DNA of 29,081 nt from Patescibacteria group bacterium (GCA_018053685.1 JAGPKW010000001.1:1-29081); one strand, 5' to 3'; positions 1 to 10,018 are shown, numbered from the stretch's first letter. Notes: generated from the sequence alone by a model not told the origin. Program-made: numbers and translations.

Positions 1-1
1 T

Positions 2-748
2 GTAACTAATATTCTTAAAAAACAAGGTTATAATCCTGTATTAATTACAGATGAATATGGTAATACTTGGAATGAAATTACAATAGATGAAAATAGAGAT
101 AATCAAAATATTGTATTTCAAAAGACACCTCAAGAATTATTATATAAATTAAATGATATATTTGAAGATAGAACATCACTAATATTTAATATTAATAACA
201 ATAAGAATTTTGATACTAACAGTAGATTAAAAGCAATAAGAAGTCTTATTGATAATAAAGAAGTAAATTACAATAATCATTTAGAACATTTAGAAGAATA
301 CTTAGAATTATTTGAACATTTACCAGCCATATATAATTTAATAAATAAATATGGCTCAAAACAAGCTATATTAGAAGTGTATGACAATGATAATGGTTCA
401 GGTAACAATAATCTTCAACAAGAATTCATTGAAGCTGTAAACGGCTTAAAAAGCATTTTTAGAAATGTTAATAAAACAAAGTTAAATTCATTAGAAAATT
501 GGTTAGATGAAAATATAGTTGATATTAACAAAATTGACATACAGGATAAAGATGATAATGTTTTATATCCAACAGAGCAATATAGTTTAGATGTTAACAA
601 TGAGAAGTTTATTAAGTATTATTATGAATTAAGTGGTAAGAAAGAAGATATTATTACTTTTGCAAAAAGATTAAAATCTACTATAGCTACTTATAAGTTA
701 TTGGGATATAATAATGATAAGATATTAGAAATGTTAAAATGTTTATAA
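2..748 (+). CDS. 5'-truncated ORF, probably the C-terminus of a large virion-associated phage protein
   Basis: Frame 2 is open from base 2 (VTNILKKQGYNPVLITDEYGNTWNEITI...) through the tracked 377..748 ORF, so the GTG at 377 is internal. The stop lies 3 nt before the 2004-aa gene. The KQGYNP..ITDEYGNTW segment resembles motifs I recall from large crAss-like proteins (unverified). Confidence 0.75.
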   Translation, partial: VTNILKKQGYNPVLITDEYGNTWNEITIDENRDNQNIVFQKTPQELLYKLNDIFEDRTSLIFNINNNKNFDTNSRLKAIRSLIDNKEVNYNNHLEHLEEYLELFEHLPAIYNLINKYGSKQAILEVYDNDNGSGNNNLQQEFIEAVNGLKSIFRNVNKTKLNSLENWLDENIVDINKIDIQDKDDNVLYPTEQYSLDVNNEKFIKYYYELSGKKEDIITFAKRLKSTIATYKLLGYNNDKILEMLKCL

Positions 749-751
749 ATT

Positions 752-3700
752 ATGAATAGTTGCAGGTATTTTACAGAACAAGAAATAACAATAGCAATGC
801 AAGCATTAAATGTAACAAAAAATGTTGCTAAAGCTATTCTTACAAGTATGCATAATGAAATGAATGGAGAAGATTTCAATGTTACTAAAGATAATATAAA
901 AAACTATATTCAAGGAAAAAAAATTTCTGAAAAAGATGAAGTATTTTTGAATAATAAAAAAGAAGCAAAAATAGCATCTCTAAAAAATGAACAGAAAAGA
1001 ATAATAGATATAAAAAATAATAAAAACAATAATAATAATTTAACAAATTCTCAAGTTAATGTATTATCAAAAATAATAGATATACAAGAAAAATTATTAG
1101 AACATTTTGAAGAAGGTACATATGCTATTTCTGTAAGTAACTTAAAAGGAGTATCTAAATTCAGACCGTCAGGAGAAGAAGTTGATATATATGCTGATTT
1201 TAAAAATTTTGGGACATTTATGCATTATATAATGGAACAATTAATATTGTTTCAAATAGATAATTCTCTTGCACAACAAATGGGTATAACAAAACCTATA
1301 GAAGGCAATATTGATGTTAGGTGGTTAGACCAAGAAATATTTAACATATTGTATGATAAATTTCAGGAAGATGAAACTAGAGCTTTTGAAATAGAAAATT
1401 TTACTAAAGAAACTATGTTTAAAGCAGTAAGTGATATGCTTTATACAGTAAGTGATTTAATTAATAAAGGTTATGTTTTATTACCAGAAGTAACATTAGG
1501 AGCTAAAGCATTTAGAGATGGAGATAATATAGTTGTTGGTAGAGTAGATATGTTAGCTATTGCTCCTAATGGCAGAATATCTATTATTGATTTTAAAACT
1601 AAGAAAGTTCAGCATATGTTGGCTGCTAATTCTAATGATCCAAATCATGTGGACGTTAGGGTTGAATTGGGATTAAATAATTATGAAATAGATTCTACAG
1701 GAGATACTTATAGTGGGTTTGTTGGTAAAAAAAGAACTACTTATGACGAATGGTTTGTACAATTAGAAATGTATTCTAATATGTTAAGACAAGCAGGTCT
1801 TGATGTTGATATTACTAATAATAAGATTATTGCATTAGCATATCAAACTACTGATGATATGTCATTTAGAGGTCAGGTTGTATTGTCATTTAGTGGATAT
1901 GATTATTACATATCTACACAAGATTACATTAAAGGAGCAAGAAAATTTTCTCATGCAACTTCTAAGTGGTTAGGTAGTAAAGAAGATGCTAAAATCCGTC
2001 AAAGCAATAAATTAGATCCATTGATGAAAATGATAGATGAAGCTATACCATATAAAGATGTTGTTCAAGAAGAAAGAATGAGTAAGGAAGAATTATATAA
2101 TATTTCTCCTACAGAAGATAAAATGCAAAAATTCTTAACAGTAGTATATGAAAATTCAAAAAAGAATTTAGAGGTATTAGAAGCTCAATTAAATGAACAT
2201 GGCATTTCTGATGAGGTTAAAAATTTAAGAAAAACACAAATAAGTTATTTAAGATCTATTATTAATGTTGTTGAAAATGGAAGTAGAGATGAACAATTAC
2301 CATTTTATAGAGGATTATTATATGCACAAACATTAGAACAAGTTGAGGAACAAATATATAGTTTAACAAAGAAATTTAATGAAATAAATAAAATATATAA
2401 TGAGGCTATTCAAAATTATATGAATAATCCTACTAAAGAAAATAAACAAAAATATCTTGATCAATATAAGATTATGATGGAAATTCATGAAGAAAATAAT
2501 GCTGTCAGTGAGATATTAAATATGTTATATGAAATAGGTGTTGAAGCTAAAAATAATCCTGCAAATAATATTACAGAAGATAGTGTTATGTATAAGAAGT
2601 TATTAGGTGCTTATGCACAACACAATTCATTACAAAACAAGTGGCAAGATGCTACAATAACAATGTTAACAGAAGTATTAAGAACAATAAGTGAGGCTGA
2701 TTTTGTCAATATTACTAAGGGGATAAGAGATGTATTTACTGTAGAAAAAAGCAAAATATTAAAAAAGATTGATAAGTTAGAAAATAATCGAAAAAGTATA
2801 TTTAACAAAATACAATCTGGATTTTTTAAAACATTAAAAAGATTTATAAATCAAGAAAAGGATATTTATGAGGATGCAAACTTAACAGAGATAGAAAAGG
2901 AAATTACAGGATTAAGAAAAAGATTACATGAGATAGATGCAATTCTTAATGGTCTTAATTATGATAGAGAAAGTTTACAAAAGATTATTGATAATATGAA
3001 AGATCCAAATTCTATATTATATTTAGGAGCAAGGACATTATACAATAAGAATTGGACAATGAGTAATGGGGCATTCGCAAGATTTCAAGCTACTGTTACA
3101 GATCAAGATTTAGGAATAGCATCTGTAGTTATTATGCTTAAAAATGCAGAAGGAATGATGAATCATAATATTACTAATGATAAAGCATTGCATGATTTGG
3201 CAAAAAATACAGATAGTATTAAAAATAAAAAAAATATAGGAGAGAAGGAATTAAATGAGAAAATAGCAGAATGGACTACTATTAAAAGATATAATAAAGA
3301 AACTAAGCAAATAGAAGATAGGAGGGTGTTTGTTTTAGTAAAACCTACATCTAATGAATTTGAAACAACATATCAAACTTATAATTATAAGTTTAGAATA
3401 TTAAAAGAAAAAGAAAAAGAACTAAGGTATGAATATAATAAAATAATAAAAGAACAACCTAAAAACCATGATGCAATAAAAGAAGCTGAAAATGCTTATT
3501 TTGAGGCTAAAAAAGAAACATATAGACATAATGCTGAATATATAGATTGGCTTGTTAAATATGCAAATTTACCATATATAGATGCTTATTATCAATTACA
3601 AAAAGGATTACCTTTAGAATATCAAGAGCAATTAGATGATATATATTTAACAATAAGTACTATAATGTCAAGAGATATTGCAGAACAAGATGATGATGAT

Positions 3701-6700
3701 TATGATACTTTATTTATGTTAAGGGCACAAATTAAAGAGATAAAACAAAAAGCTCAAAAAGAAAATCCTGAATATGCTAAAATTATAGAACAGATGGAAG
3801 GTATGTATGATGCTGATTATAATGAAGAAGCATATGAAAGAGCATTAAGAAATGCAGAGATAAAATTTAAAAATCATCCAGATTTATTGGCTAAATGGAA
3901 AAAGACATATCAAATAGAAAAATATTCTCAAGAGTGGTATGATAGAAGGAATGCAATATATGATAGATTAGGAGAAATATTTGGTAAAGATGATGTTTTA
4001 GATGCTTTATATGCAAGGAGAAATGAAATTAAAGCAAGATATAAACAAAATTATGTTTATAATCCTATATTTTACACTACAGATGAAATTAATGAATTAG
4101 ATGAAATTGATAAAGAGATAGCTGATTATATAGAGAACAAGCCAAAATATTCATTCTCTATAGAAGAAAGACAAGAAATTAAAGATTTAAAGAATGAATT
4201 AGCATCTATTCAAGAAAGCATATTATCTCCATTTTATGTTGAAAGATTTAATGAAAGAACAGACATTATGATAGCAAGAAGAAATGCTATGAATGCAGCT
4301 GCAAGTATATTAGAAAATAAACAAAAAAGATTTAAAGATAAAAATAGCACTATCACAGAAGAAGAATTGATGATGGCAGAAATGAAATATATACAAGCAG
4401 AAAATGATTTTGCAAATGTATGGAGTGAATATAGAGATTATTATAACAAATATCATGAAGATAAGTTAGGAGAATTTGATTATTTAAGATTTAATAGAGA
4501 TAGAGCAATTCCAAAATCATTTAATTATATATATAGACCTATATCTCAAAAATATATTCAAATAGTTGGTAATCCTAATTATTTTACAAAATACAATATA
4601 AAAGATGAAGCAAGAAATCCTAATTATGTTGAAGGAGTAGAAAATATGCCTTTACCTAAAGGAGTAATAAGTATAGGAGATGGTGTATATGATTTAACTC
4701 CAGAAGGAATGATGAATCCATATGTTAATCAAAAATTTAAAGATATAGTTGCTGATAAAGATTACAAAGATTATTATGATAAACTTACTACTTATTATTT
4801 TGGCTTACAGAAAAAGATGATAGGTAAAAAGATGGGATATGAAGTTCCTGGATATGCAGAAGATAAAATGGAAAATTTTAGTAGGTATGGATTTTTTAAA
4901 GGTTTATCTAGAGAAATAGCTAAGAAAATTGATAAACACATGAAGTTTGAAGGTTCACAACAAGATTATGTAGAGAATGTGTTTGGAGATTTGGGAGTTA
5001 TTAGAAGCAGATTTACAAGGCAATTAACAGAGGATATTCAAACCACAGATGCTATCAATGCTATTTATAAATTTGCTGTGGAAGCTCATTATAATAGTTC
5101 TATGCAAGAAGTACAACCACAAACAGAAGGAGCTATAGAATATTTTAAACAAATGATAAGGGATTTGGAGACTACTCAATCAGCAAATCCTGCAATGCAG
5201 AAAGAAATTGAAAAAAGAATTAAAGAATGGAGATATGCTGTAGAAGTATTAGAGTTTGAAAAAAGAAAATATATACAAGGACAAATTGATGACAGTCAAC
5301 AAAGAAAATTAAAAAAAGTAGTTAACTTATTATTTCAACACGTAAGTTTGATGAGGCTTGGTTTTGATGTTACCAATCAGTTAAAGAATTTTACAGCAGC
5401 ATCAGTACAAATGTGGTTACAAGCAGGTGGTGGTAGTAATCATTATTCTCAAAAAAATATGATGACAGCCTATAGAAAGGTTTTTGGAATAAATGGTGTT
5501 ATATCTAATTATTTAAAAGATTGGGGTAAAATCCATGATTTACATGAATCTACAATGTTATATAGAATGATGAATCCTTTGCAAAAAGATATGATAAAAT
5601 ACTACAAACAAATAACAGGTGGTAGATTAAGAAGGATGGGAGATAGATTAACTGATTTTATGGAATTAGGATATATGGTCCAAGATAAGGGAGACACAAT
5701 GATAGGTATGTTGGTTATGCATGCTGTTATGGATTCATACAAATATAAAAAGATAGATCCAATAACAAAACAACCTGTATTGGAAGATGGTAAACCTGTA
5801 TTAATTCCAGCTTCTGAATGTTATATTCAAAAACCTGATGGTACTTTAGAGATAAGAAATGATGTTGAATATACTATAGAAGATCAGTTAAAATTAAGAA
5901 GAATTATTGTAGCAGAATTAAGGAGAGCACAAGGTAACTATGCAACATCAGATATGACTAGAATGGAAGCTAATACTATTGGTAAATTAATGTTTTTCTA
6001 TAGAAAATATTTAGTACCATTGATGTTAAATAGATTTGGCATATTAAGACCATCTTGGGAAACAGGAGAAGCTACATTAGGATATTGGAGAGCATTAGCT
6101 CAAGCATATGGGGCTTTTGGTGCTAAAGCTACATTAAAACAATTCTTATTAGGTAATTTTACTAATAAGTTTGAAGATGGTGTAAGCAAATTAACATATA
6201 TTGATAATGCTAAAAATGGTAAACAAGAAATATATGAACTAGGAGATATATATGCAAGGAAAATCAATCATGCTTCAAGAGATGCTTTAGCAATGATAAT
6301 ACTTCTATCATTATCTATGATGGCATTGGGGGCTTTAAGAAGAAGGGATGATGATGATGAACCTGTAGATATTGTTACAGGGAATCTAATAAGAATATTA
6401 TGGGGTACAACAGGAGAAGCTACTAGTGTCTTTCCTTTTGGGGCAGGTACAGATGAGTATATTAGAAACTTTAGTACAGCATTACCTATGGCAAGAGAAT
6501 TATCAAAAGCATATCAAACAGTAGATAGATTGTTTAAAACAGCATTTGTGATGATAGCAGGTCAAGGAGAAGAACCAGATCCAGATATTGATGCTAATTG
6601 GTATGTAGAGTGGTATAAAGATGTGTTTTATACATCTTCATCATCAGGTTATCCAGAAGGTACAATGAAACTGAAAAAAGATTTACATGATTTAACAGGA

Positions 6701-6766
6701 TATTCTAATATTAGAGGTTTATTGCAGCCAGAAGTAAGGTTAAAAAGTATGGCATCAAGATTTTAA
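752..6766 (+). CDS. Giant (2004 aa) putative virion cargo/ejection protein with N-terminal PD-(D/E)XK (RecB/Cas4-like) nuclease domain
   Basis: Uninterrupted 6-kb ORF. Nuclease motifs HYIMEQ...LLPEVTLG...VGRVDMLAIAPNGRISIIDFKTKK...QLEMYSNML lie at about nt 1200-1800. The middle is a long helical/coiled-coil region. The C-terminal QGNYATSD...IGKLMFFYRKYLVPLMLNRF segment resembles large phage internal virion proteins. It sits just before the lysis genes. Confidence 0.75.
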   Translation: MNSCRYFTEQEITIAMQALNVTKNVAKAILTSMHNEMNGEDFNVTKDNIKNYIQGKKISEKDEVFLNNKKEAKIASLKNEQKRIIDIKNNKNNNNNLTNSQVNVLSKIIDIQEKLLEHFEEGTYAISVSNLKGVSKFRPSGEEVDIYADFKNFGTFMHYIMEQLILFQIDNSLAQQMGITKPIEGNIDVRWLDQEIFNILYDKFQEDETRAFEIENFTKETMFKAVSDMLYTVSDLINKGYVLLPEVTLGAKAFRDGDNIVVGRVDMLAIAPNGRISIIDFKTKKVQHMLAANSNDPNHVDVRVELGLNNYEIDSTGDTYSGFVGKKRTTYDEWFVQLEMYSNMLRQAGLDVDITNNKIIALAYQTTDDMSFRGQVVLSFSGYDYYISTQDYIKGARKFSHATSKWLGSKEDAKIRQSNKLDPLMKMIDEAIPYKDVVQEERMSKEELYNISPTEDKMQKFLTVVYENSKKNLEVLEAQLNEHGISDEVKNLRKTQISYLRSIINVVENGSRDEQLPFYRGLLYAQTLEQVEEQIYSLTKKFNEINKIYNEAIQNYMNNPTKENKQKYLDQYKIMMEIHEENNAVSEILNMLYEIGVEAKNNPANNITEDSVMYKKLLGAYAQHNSLQNKWQDATITMLTEVLRTISEADFVNITKGIRDVFTVEKSKILKKIDKLENNRKSIFNKIQSGFFKTLKRFINQEKDIYEDANLTEIEKEITGLRKRLHEIDAILNGLNYDRESLQKIIDNMKDPNSILYLGARTLYNKNWTMSNGAFARFQATVTDQDLGIASVVIMLKNAEGMMNHNITNDKALHDLAKNTDSIKNKKNIGEKELNEKIAEWTTIKRYNKETKQIEDRRVFVLVKPTSNEFETTYQTYNYKFRILKEKEKELRYEYNKIIKEQPKNHDAIKEAENAYFEAKKETYRHNAEYIDWLVKYANLPYIDAYYQLQKGLPLEYQEQLDDIYLTISTIMSRDIAEQDDDDYDTLFMLRAQIKEIKQKAQKENPEYAKIIEQMEGMYDADYNEEAYERALRNAEIKFKNHPDLLAKWKKTYQIEKYSQEWYDRRNAIYDRLGEIFGKDDVLDALYARRNEIKARYKQNYVYNPIFYTTDEINELDEIDKEIADYIENKPKYSFSIEERQEIKDLKNELASIQESILSPFYVERFNERTDIMIARRNAMNAAASILENKQKRFKDKNSTITEEELMMAEMKYIQAENDFANVWSEYRDYYNKYHEDKLGEFDYLRFNRDRAIPKSFNYIYRPISQKYIQIVGNPNYFTKYNIKDEARNPNYVEGVENMPLPKGVISIGDGVYDLTPEGMMNPYVNQKFKDIVADKDYKDYYDKLTTYYFGLQKKMIGKKMGYEVPGYAEDKMENFSRYGFFKGLSREIAKKIDKHMKFEGSQQDYVENVFGDLGVIRSRFTRQLTEDIQTTDAINAIYKFAVEAHYNSSMQEVQPQTEGAIEYFKQMIRDLETTQSANPAMQKEIEKRIKEWRYAVEVLEFEKRKYIQGQIDDSQQRKLKKVVNLLFQHVSLMRLGFDVTNQLKNFTAASVQMWLQAGGGSNHYSQKNMMTAYRKVFGINGVISNYLKDWGKIHDLHESTMLYRMMNPLQKDMIKYYKQITGGRLRRMGDRLTDFMELGYMVQDKGDTMIGMLVMHAVMDSYKYKKIDPITKQPVLEDGKPVLIPASECYIQKPDGTLEIRNDVEYTIEDQLKLRRIIVAELRRAQGNYATSDMTRMEANTIGKLMFFYRKYLVPLMLNRFGILRPSWETGEATLGYWRALAQAYGAFGAKATLKQFLLGNFTNKFEDGVSKLTYIDNAKNGKQEIYELGDIYARKINHASRDALAMIILLSLSMMALGALRRRDDDDEPVDIVTGNLIRILWGTTGEATSVFPFGAGTDEYIRNFSTALPMARELSKAYQTVDRLFKTAFVMIAGQGEEPDPDIDANWYVEWYKDVFYTSSSSGYPEGTMKLKKDLHDLTGYSNIRGLLQPEVRLKSMASRF

Positions 6767-6786
6767 AAAAAAATAATTAATAAATG

Positions 6787-6817
6787 TTGTAAAGATCAAA
6801 AAAAATAAGTATCTTGT
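6787..6817 (+). promoter_or_regulatory. Candidate Bacteroidota-type promoter upstream of the lysis genes
   Basis: TTG (6787-6789), 20 nt, then TATCTTGT (6810-6817). This is a near match to the -33 TTG / -7 TAnnTTTG consensus, in the 104-nt gap before the holin-like gene. Confidence 0.4.
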
Positions 6818-6870
6818 AGTGATGAACCTTTAAAGAAATAAATATGTATAACTATTAAAAAATAAATATT

Positions 6871-7254
6871 ATGGATTTTTTCTTACAGTATGTTTTAGTT
6901 CCATTATCTACATTATTGATTGGTGCATTAGGAACTTATATTAATTATGTTTTTTTACCAAAACATCAAAAAGTTAAAGAAGAAGCAGATAATAAAGCAA
7001 CTGCTATTGAAAAATTATTGCAGACAATAGATGAGATGTTGATTAAATATTCTGATTCACAAACTAAACTTATTGAAACAACAGAAAAATTAACAACTAA
7101 AGAATTGGAAATAAAAAGATTAGAACATAAAGTTTCTGAATTGGAAATTAGATTAAAGAATTTAGAATATGAACTAGCAATATCTAAGGGAGAGTCAGTA
7201 GAAGAATATAGGGCTAGGCAGATAAAAAAAAATCAAAAATTAGAAAATCAATAA
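6871..7254 (+). CDS. Holin-like membrane protein (N-terminal TM helix plus coiled coil)
   Basis: Hydrophobic FFLQYVLVPLSTLLIGALGTYINYVFL, then a heptad-rich tail. It ends 3 nt before the endolysin. Confidence 0.55.
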   Translation: MDFFLQYVLVPLSTLLIGALGTYINYVFLPKHQKVKEEADNKATAIEKLLQTIDEMLIKYSDSQTKLIETTEKLTTKELEIKRLEHKVSELEIRLKNLEYELAISKGESVEEYRARQIKKNQKLENQ

Positions 7255-7257
7255 AAG

Positions 7258-7854
7258 ATGAAAACAATAATATTAGCAGCAGCACACTCTAAAGATACGC
7301 CAGGCAAACAAAGTCCTGATGGAACATTCAAAGAATGGGAGTGGTCTAGAGAAGTATTACAAATAGTTAAGATAGGATTAAGACAAAATGGAGTTAAAAC
7401 AGTTGTAATAGCTCCAGAAAGTGAACCTTCAACAGCATGGTTGAAAAAAAACAGAGTTGATGTAGCAAATAAAATTGATAATGCATTTTATTTTTCTTTA
7501 CATGTGAACGCAGCACCAGGACAAGGTTGGCAACAAGCAAGAGGTATTGAAATCTGGACAAGTAAAGGTCAAACAAAAAGTGATGAATATGCTACTAAAA
7601 TATTCATTGCTTTAAGAAATGAATTTGAAAAAGATTTTTCAGATTTCAAACTATTCTGGAGAACAGATATGTCTGATGGGGACATAGATAAAGAAGCTAA
7701 TTTTACAGAATTGCTTTCAAAACATCCATCTGTATTACTTGAGTTTCTGTTTATGAACAATAAAACTGATTTAAAATATTTAAATGATATAACTATTAAG
7801 ACAAGGTTAGCTAATGTTTTAATAGATGAACTTACAAAAATTGCATTTTCTTAG
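7258..7854 (+). CDS. Endolysin, N-acetylmuramoyl-L-alanine amidase (Amidase_3)
   Basis: Zn and catalytic motifs are present: IILAAAHS, FKEWEWSRE, FSLHVNA, ARGIEIW, VLLEFLFMNN. Confidence 0.9.
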   Translation: MKTIILAAAHSKDTPGKQSPDGTFKEWEWSREVLQIVKIGLRQNGVKTVVIAPESEPSTAWLKKNRVDVANKIDNAFYFSLHVNAAPGQGWQQARGIEIWTSKGQTKSDEYATKIFIALRNEFEKDFSDFKLFWRTDMSDGDIDKEANFTELLSKHPSVLLEFLFMNNKTDLKYLNDITIKTRLANVLIDELTKIAFS

Positions 7855-7865
7855 TTTCATGTCTC

Positions 7866-7904
7866 AAAAAAAGGGGTTGATTTATTCTTCCCCTTCTTTT
7901 TTTT
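7866..7904. terminator. Bidirectional intrinsic terminator between the convergent modules
   Basis: A7-GGGG...CCCCTT-C-T8: stem AAGGGG (7871-7876) / CCCCTT (7890-7895) with an A tract on the left and a T tract on the right, in the convergent gap. Confidence 0.75.
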
Positions 7905-7952
7905 AATAGTTAAATATTGGTTTGTGTACCTTAATTGTTTTGTTTAGTTTTT

Positions 7953-8402
7953 TTATTCTTCACATTCTCCTAATGCAAATTTATTCATGTATAATAAGAT
8001 TCTATTAAGATCTTCTTTAGGGATAAATATTATATTAGGATCTTTTACCCATTTAAATTTAGGTTCATTAATAAAAGGCAATTTAATGTTCTTTAATGAT
8101 AAAGCATATATTATTTGAACATCTTGATTACCTTCATAAATATCATCAACTATAAATAAAGGTTCAAATGTTTTGTTAAATAATATATTCTTTTTATGAT
8201 CTTTTTCTAAAAAAAATAAGTTAAGATTAGCATTATGATATAAATATTGTGATATACAACCATACAATCCCTCATTATAATCTAATTTTGCAGTAGGAAT
8301 AGTATATGTATTTTCTCCTACTTGTTCCATAAGCAAATATCTATCATCTTCTATTATAATAGATAGCATTATTCTTGAAACTAGACCTCTTTGTTTTTCC
8401 AT
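7953..8402 (-). CDS. Nudix-fold protein with degenerate Nudix box
   Basis: YLLMEQ...YTIPTAKLDYNEGLYGCISQYLYHNANL keeps the exact spacing of GX5EX7REUXEEXGU but retains only the first E. Confidence 0.55.
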   Translation of the reverse strand: MEKQRGLVSRIMLSIIIEDDRYLLMEQVGENTYTIPTAKLDYNEGLYGCISQYLYHNANLNLFFLEKDHKKNILFNKTFEPLFIVDDIYEGNQDVQIIYALSLKNIKLPFINEPKFKWVKDPNIIFIPKEDLNRILLYMNKFALGECEE

Positions 8403-8417
8403 AATTATAATATATTT

Positions 8418-9002
8418 TTATTCTGTTCCATAATATTGAAAGCCATTTTCTTGATTATCAATACTATCTTCATTATATAATATGTCTGCTAATGTTGAAG
8501 ATGTTACACTACCAGCTGTTTTTTTTATAAAATATTTAGAATTTCTTAAATATGTATAGTCATCATTAAAAGATGCAATATACTTTTTAGTTATTCTCAA
8601 CACATCACTCCATGAATATTCAGGATACTTATCAAAGAACCAAATGAAAGATTCTCTAAGTTCTTTTGGGTTAGCTCTATAATATACAGTAGAATTTCCC
8701 ATTCTTTCTTTAGGAAACATTTCATTATATTTCTGTATATTATCATCCCATTCTTTGTTGGTTATTGATTTATTAGAACTTGCCATTACCTTTTCAACAC
8801 CTTGTAATAATTTAATGCCTTTATCAGTAATTTCATAATTATCATTATTTTTAATTAAATAACCATATTGTTCTAATCTTTTTAATTCAACAATAACATT
8901 TATATAATTGGAATATCCAACTTTTTTATAATAAGTATATAGAGCTAATAATCCATTTGGTGTGATGTTGTTTTTTATTAAATATTTAATTACTTTTTCC
9001 AT
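8418..9002 (-). CDS. Conserved phage protein with winged-HTH-like N-terminus (possible replication initiator/organiser)
   Basis: LKRLEQYGYLIK...YEITDKGIKLL is a wHTH-like pattern. The C-terminal YNEMFP...FIWFFDKYPEYSW...SKYFIKK region resembles phage replication proteins (inference). Confidence 0.5.
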   Translation of the reverse strand: MEKVIKYLIKNNITPNGLLALYTYYKKVGYSNYINVIVELKRLEQYGYLIKNNDNYEITDKGIKLLQGVEKVMASSNKSITNKEWDDNIQKYNEMFPKERMGNSTVYYRANPKELRESFIWFFDKYPEYSWSDVLRITKKYIASFNDDYTYLRNSKYFIKKTAGSVTSSTLADILYNEDSIDNQENGFQYYGTE

Positions 9003-9066
9003 TTCATTATTTTTATTATATTATAGTGTGATGTGAATAGTTTTTTTGGTTTTCTATTTTCTTCTA

Positions 9067-9099
9067 CCCCCCCCTTAGATGTATTCTTTGGGGGTTTTT
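9067..9099. other. C8/G5 GC-rich hairpin in AT-rich intergenic DNA
   Basis: CCCCCCCC (9067-9074), 15 nt, GGGGG (9090-9094), then TTTTT. Confidence 0.45.
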
Positions 9100-9137
9100 G
9101 CTAACCGTAAAAATATTCATTTGTTCGTTTCTATTAT

Positions 9138-9365
9138 TCAACTACCTATATCTATCTCAAAATCAATTTCACGTTTATTGCAGTCATATTGCTGCTCGAT
9201 TTGAGCTTTTATCTTATCGTATAGGTTGCATTCATCATAGGTTAATGTAGTATTCCATTCTAAAAATTTAGTCAATTTCATTCTTTTTAATATTTCTACT
9301 AACACATCAGACTTATCTCGTGTTCGTCCATTGCTTAACCATAATTTAATCTTAAAAACTTTCAT
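9138..9365 (-). CDS. Hypothetical protein (75 aa)
   Basis: ATG preceded by AAAATT; co-oriented in the operon. Confidence 0.7.
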   Translation of the reverse strand: MKVFKIKLWLSNGRTRDKSDVLVEILKRMKLTKFLEWNTTLTYDECNLYDKIKAQIEQQYDCNKREIDFEIDIGS

Positions 9366-9413
9366 AATTTTAAATTTTAAATCTGTTATTTATTATCTTT
9401 AATTAACTGGTAA

Positions 9414-9662
9414 TTATTCAAATTCAATATTAGCATATTGTACAGGGTAATAATATATTAATTCCCCATCATTTCTTGGTTTTAAATTATAGTACAGACT
9501 ATCTCCATCCATTGTGACGTTATATACCTTTTTCCCGTTTATTTTTTTTACTTTGTCAATATTCTTTTTAATTTCGTTTTTTTTGTCCGAAATATCTCGA
9601 ACAATCTCACTTAATGTATCTTCTATCTGTGTTTCTAAGCCAATCGATTCTAATGTTTTCAT
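9414..9662 (-). CDS. Hypothetical protein (82 aa)
   Basis: ACAGAATTATG start context; co-oriented. Confidence 0.7.
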   Translation of the reverse strand: MKTLESIGLETQIEDTLSEIVRDISDKKNEIKKNIDKVKKINGKKVYNVTMDGDSLYYNLKPRNDGELIYYYPVQYANIEFE

Positions 9663-9725
9663 AATTCTGTTGTTTAATTGTTATCACTCATGATTATTAT
9701 TCATTTTAAAACATTCGTAAAATAC

Positions 9726-9738
9726 GTTATATGTAATT
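9726..9738 (+). mobile_element. attC-like half site (R'-like GTTATATGTAATT), possible cassette integration scar
   Basis: C^GTTA lies 13 nt from the stop of the 9739 gene, the same geometry as the two full elements. It matches 11/13 to the reverse complement of AACTACACATAAC (10019-10031). There is no hairpin to its left. Confidence 0.55.
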
Positions 9739-9972
9739 TTACCAATAGAACTCATCAATCTTAATATTAAACCCTTGTAAACCTTTTATTAATTCAACAA
9801 AATTATCATATTGATTATCACCAATAATTCCAGTTGTTGTTATTTTACCATCTACTATTTCTATATCACCAATTTTTTCACTATTTTGTCTAATTGACAT
9901 CAAATGTTGATCTCTTTGTAAATCAAGTTTGTCTGATTTATAATTTTCATTGAATTTTTTAATGTGTATCAT
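9739..9972 (-). CDS. Hypothetical protein (77 aa), cargo of putative cassette B
   Basis: AAAATTATG start; lies between the half-site and element 1. Confidence 0.75.
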   Translation of the reverse strand: MIHIKKFNENYKSDKLDLQRDQHLMSIRQNSEKIGDIEIVDGKITTTGIIGDNQYDNFVELIKGLQGFNIKIDEFYW

Positions 9973-10018
9973 AATTTTAATTATTTTCTAAGTATATATT
10001 AAATTTAATTTCCCAAAA

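Noticed and set aside
1015-1040. AAT/AAC microsatellite-like run (poly-Asn)
   Set aside because: Short low-complexity coding linker, expected in AT-rich DNA.
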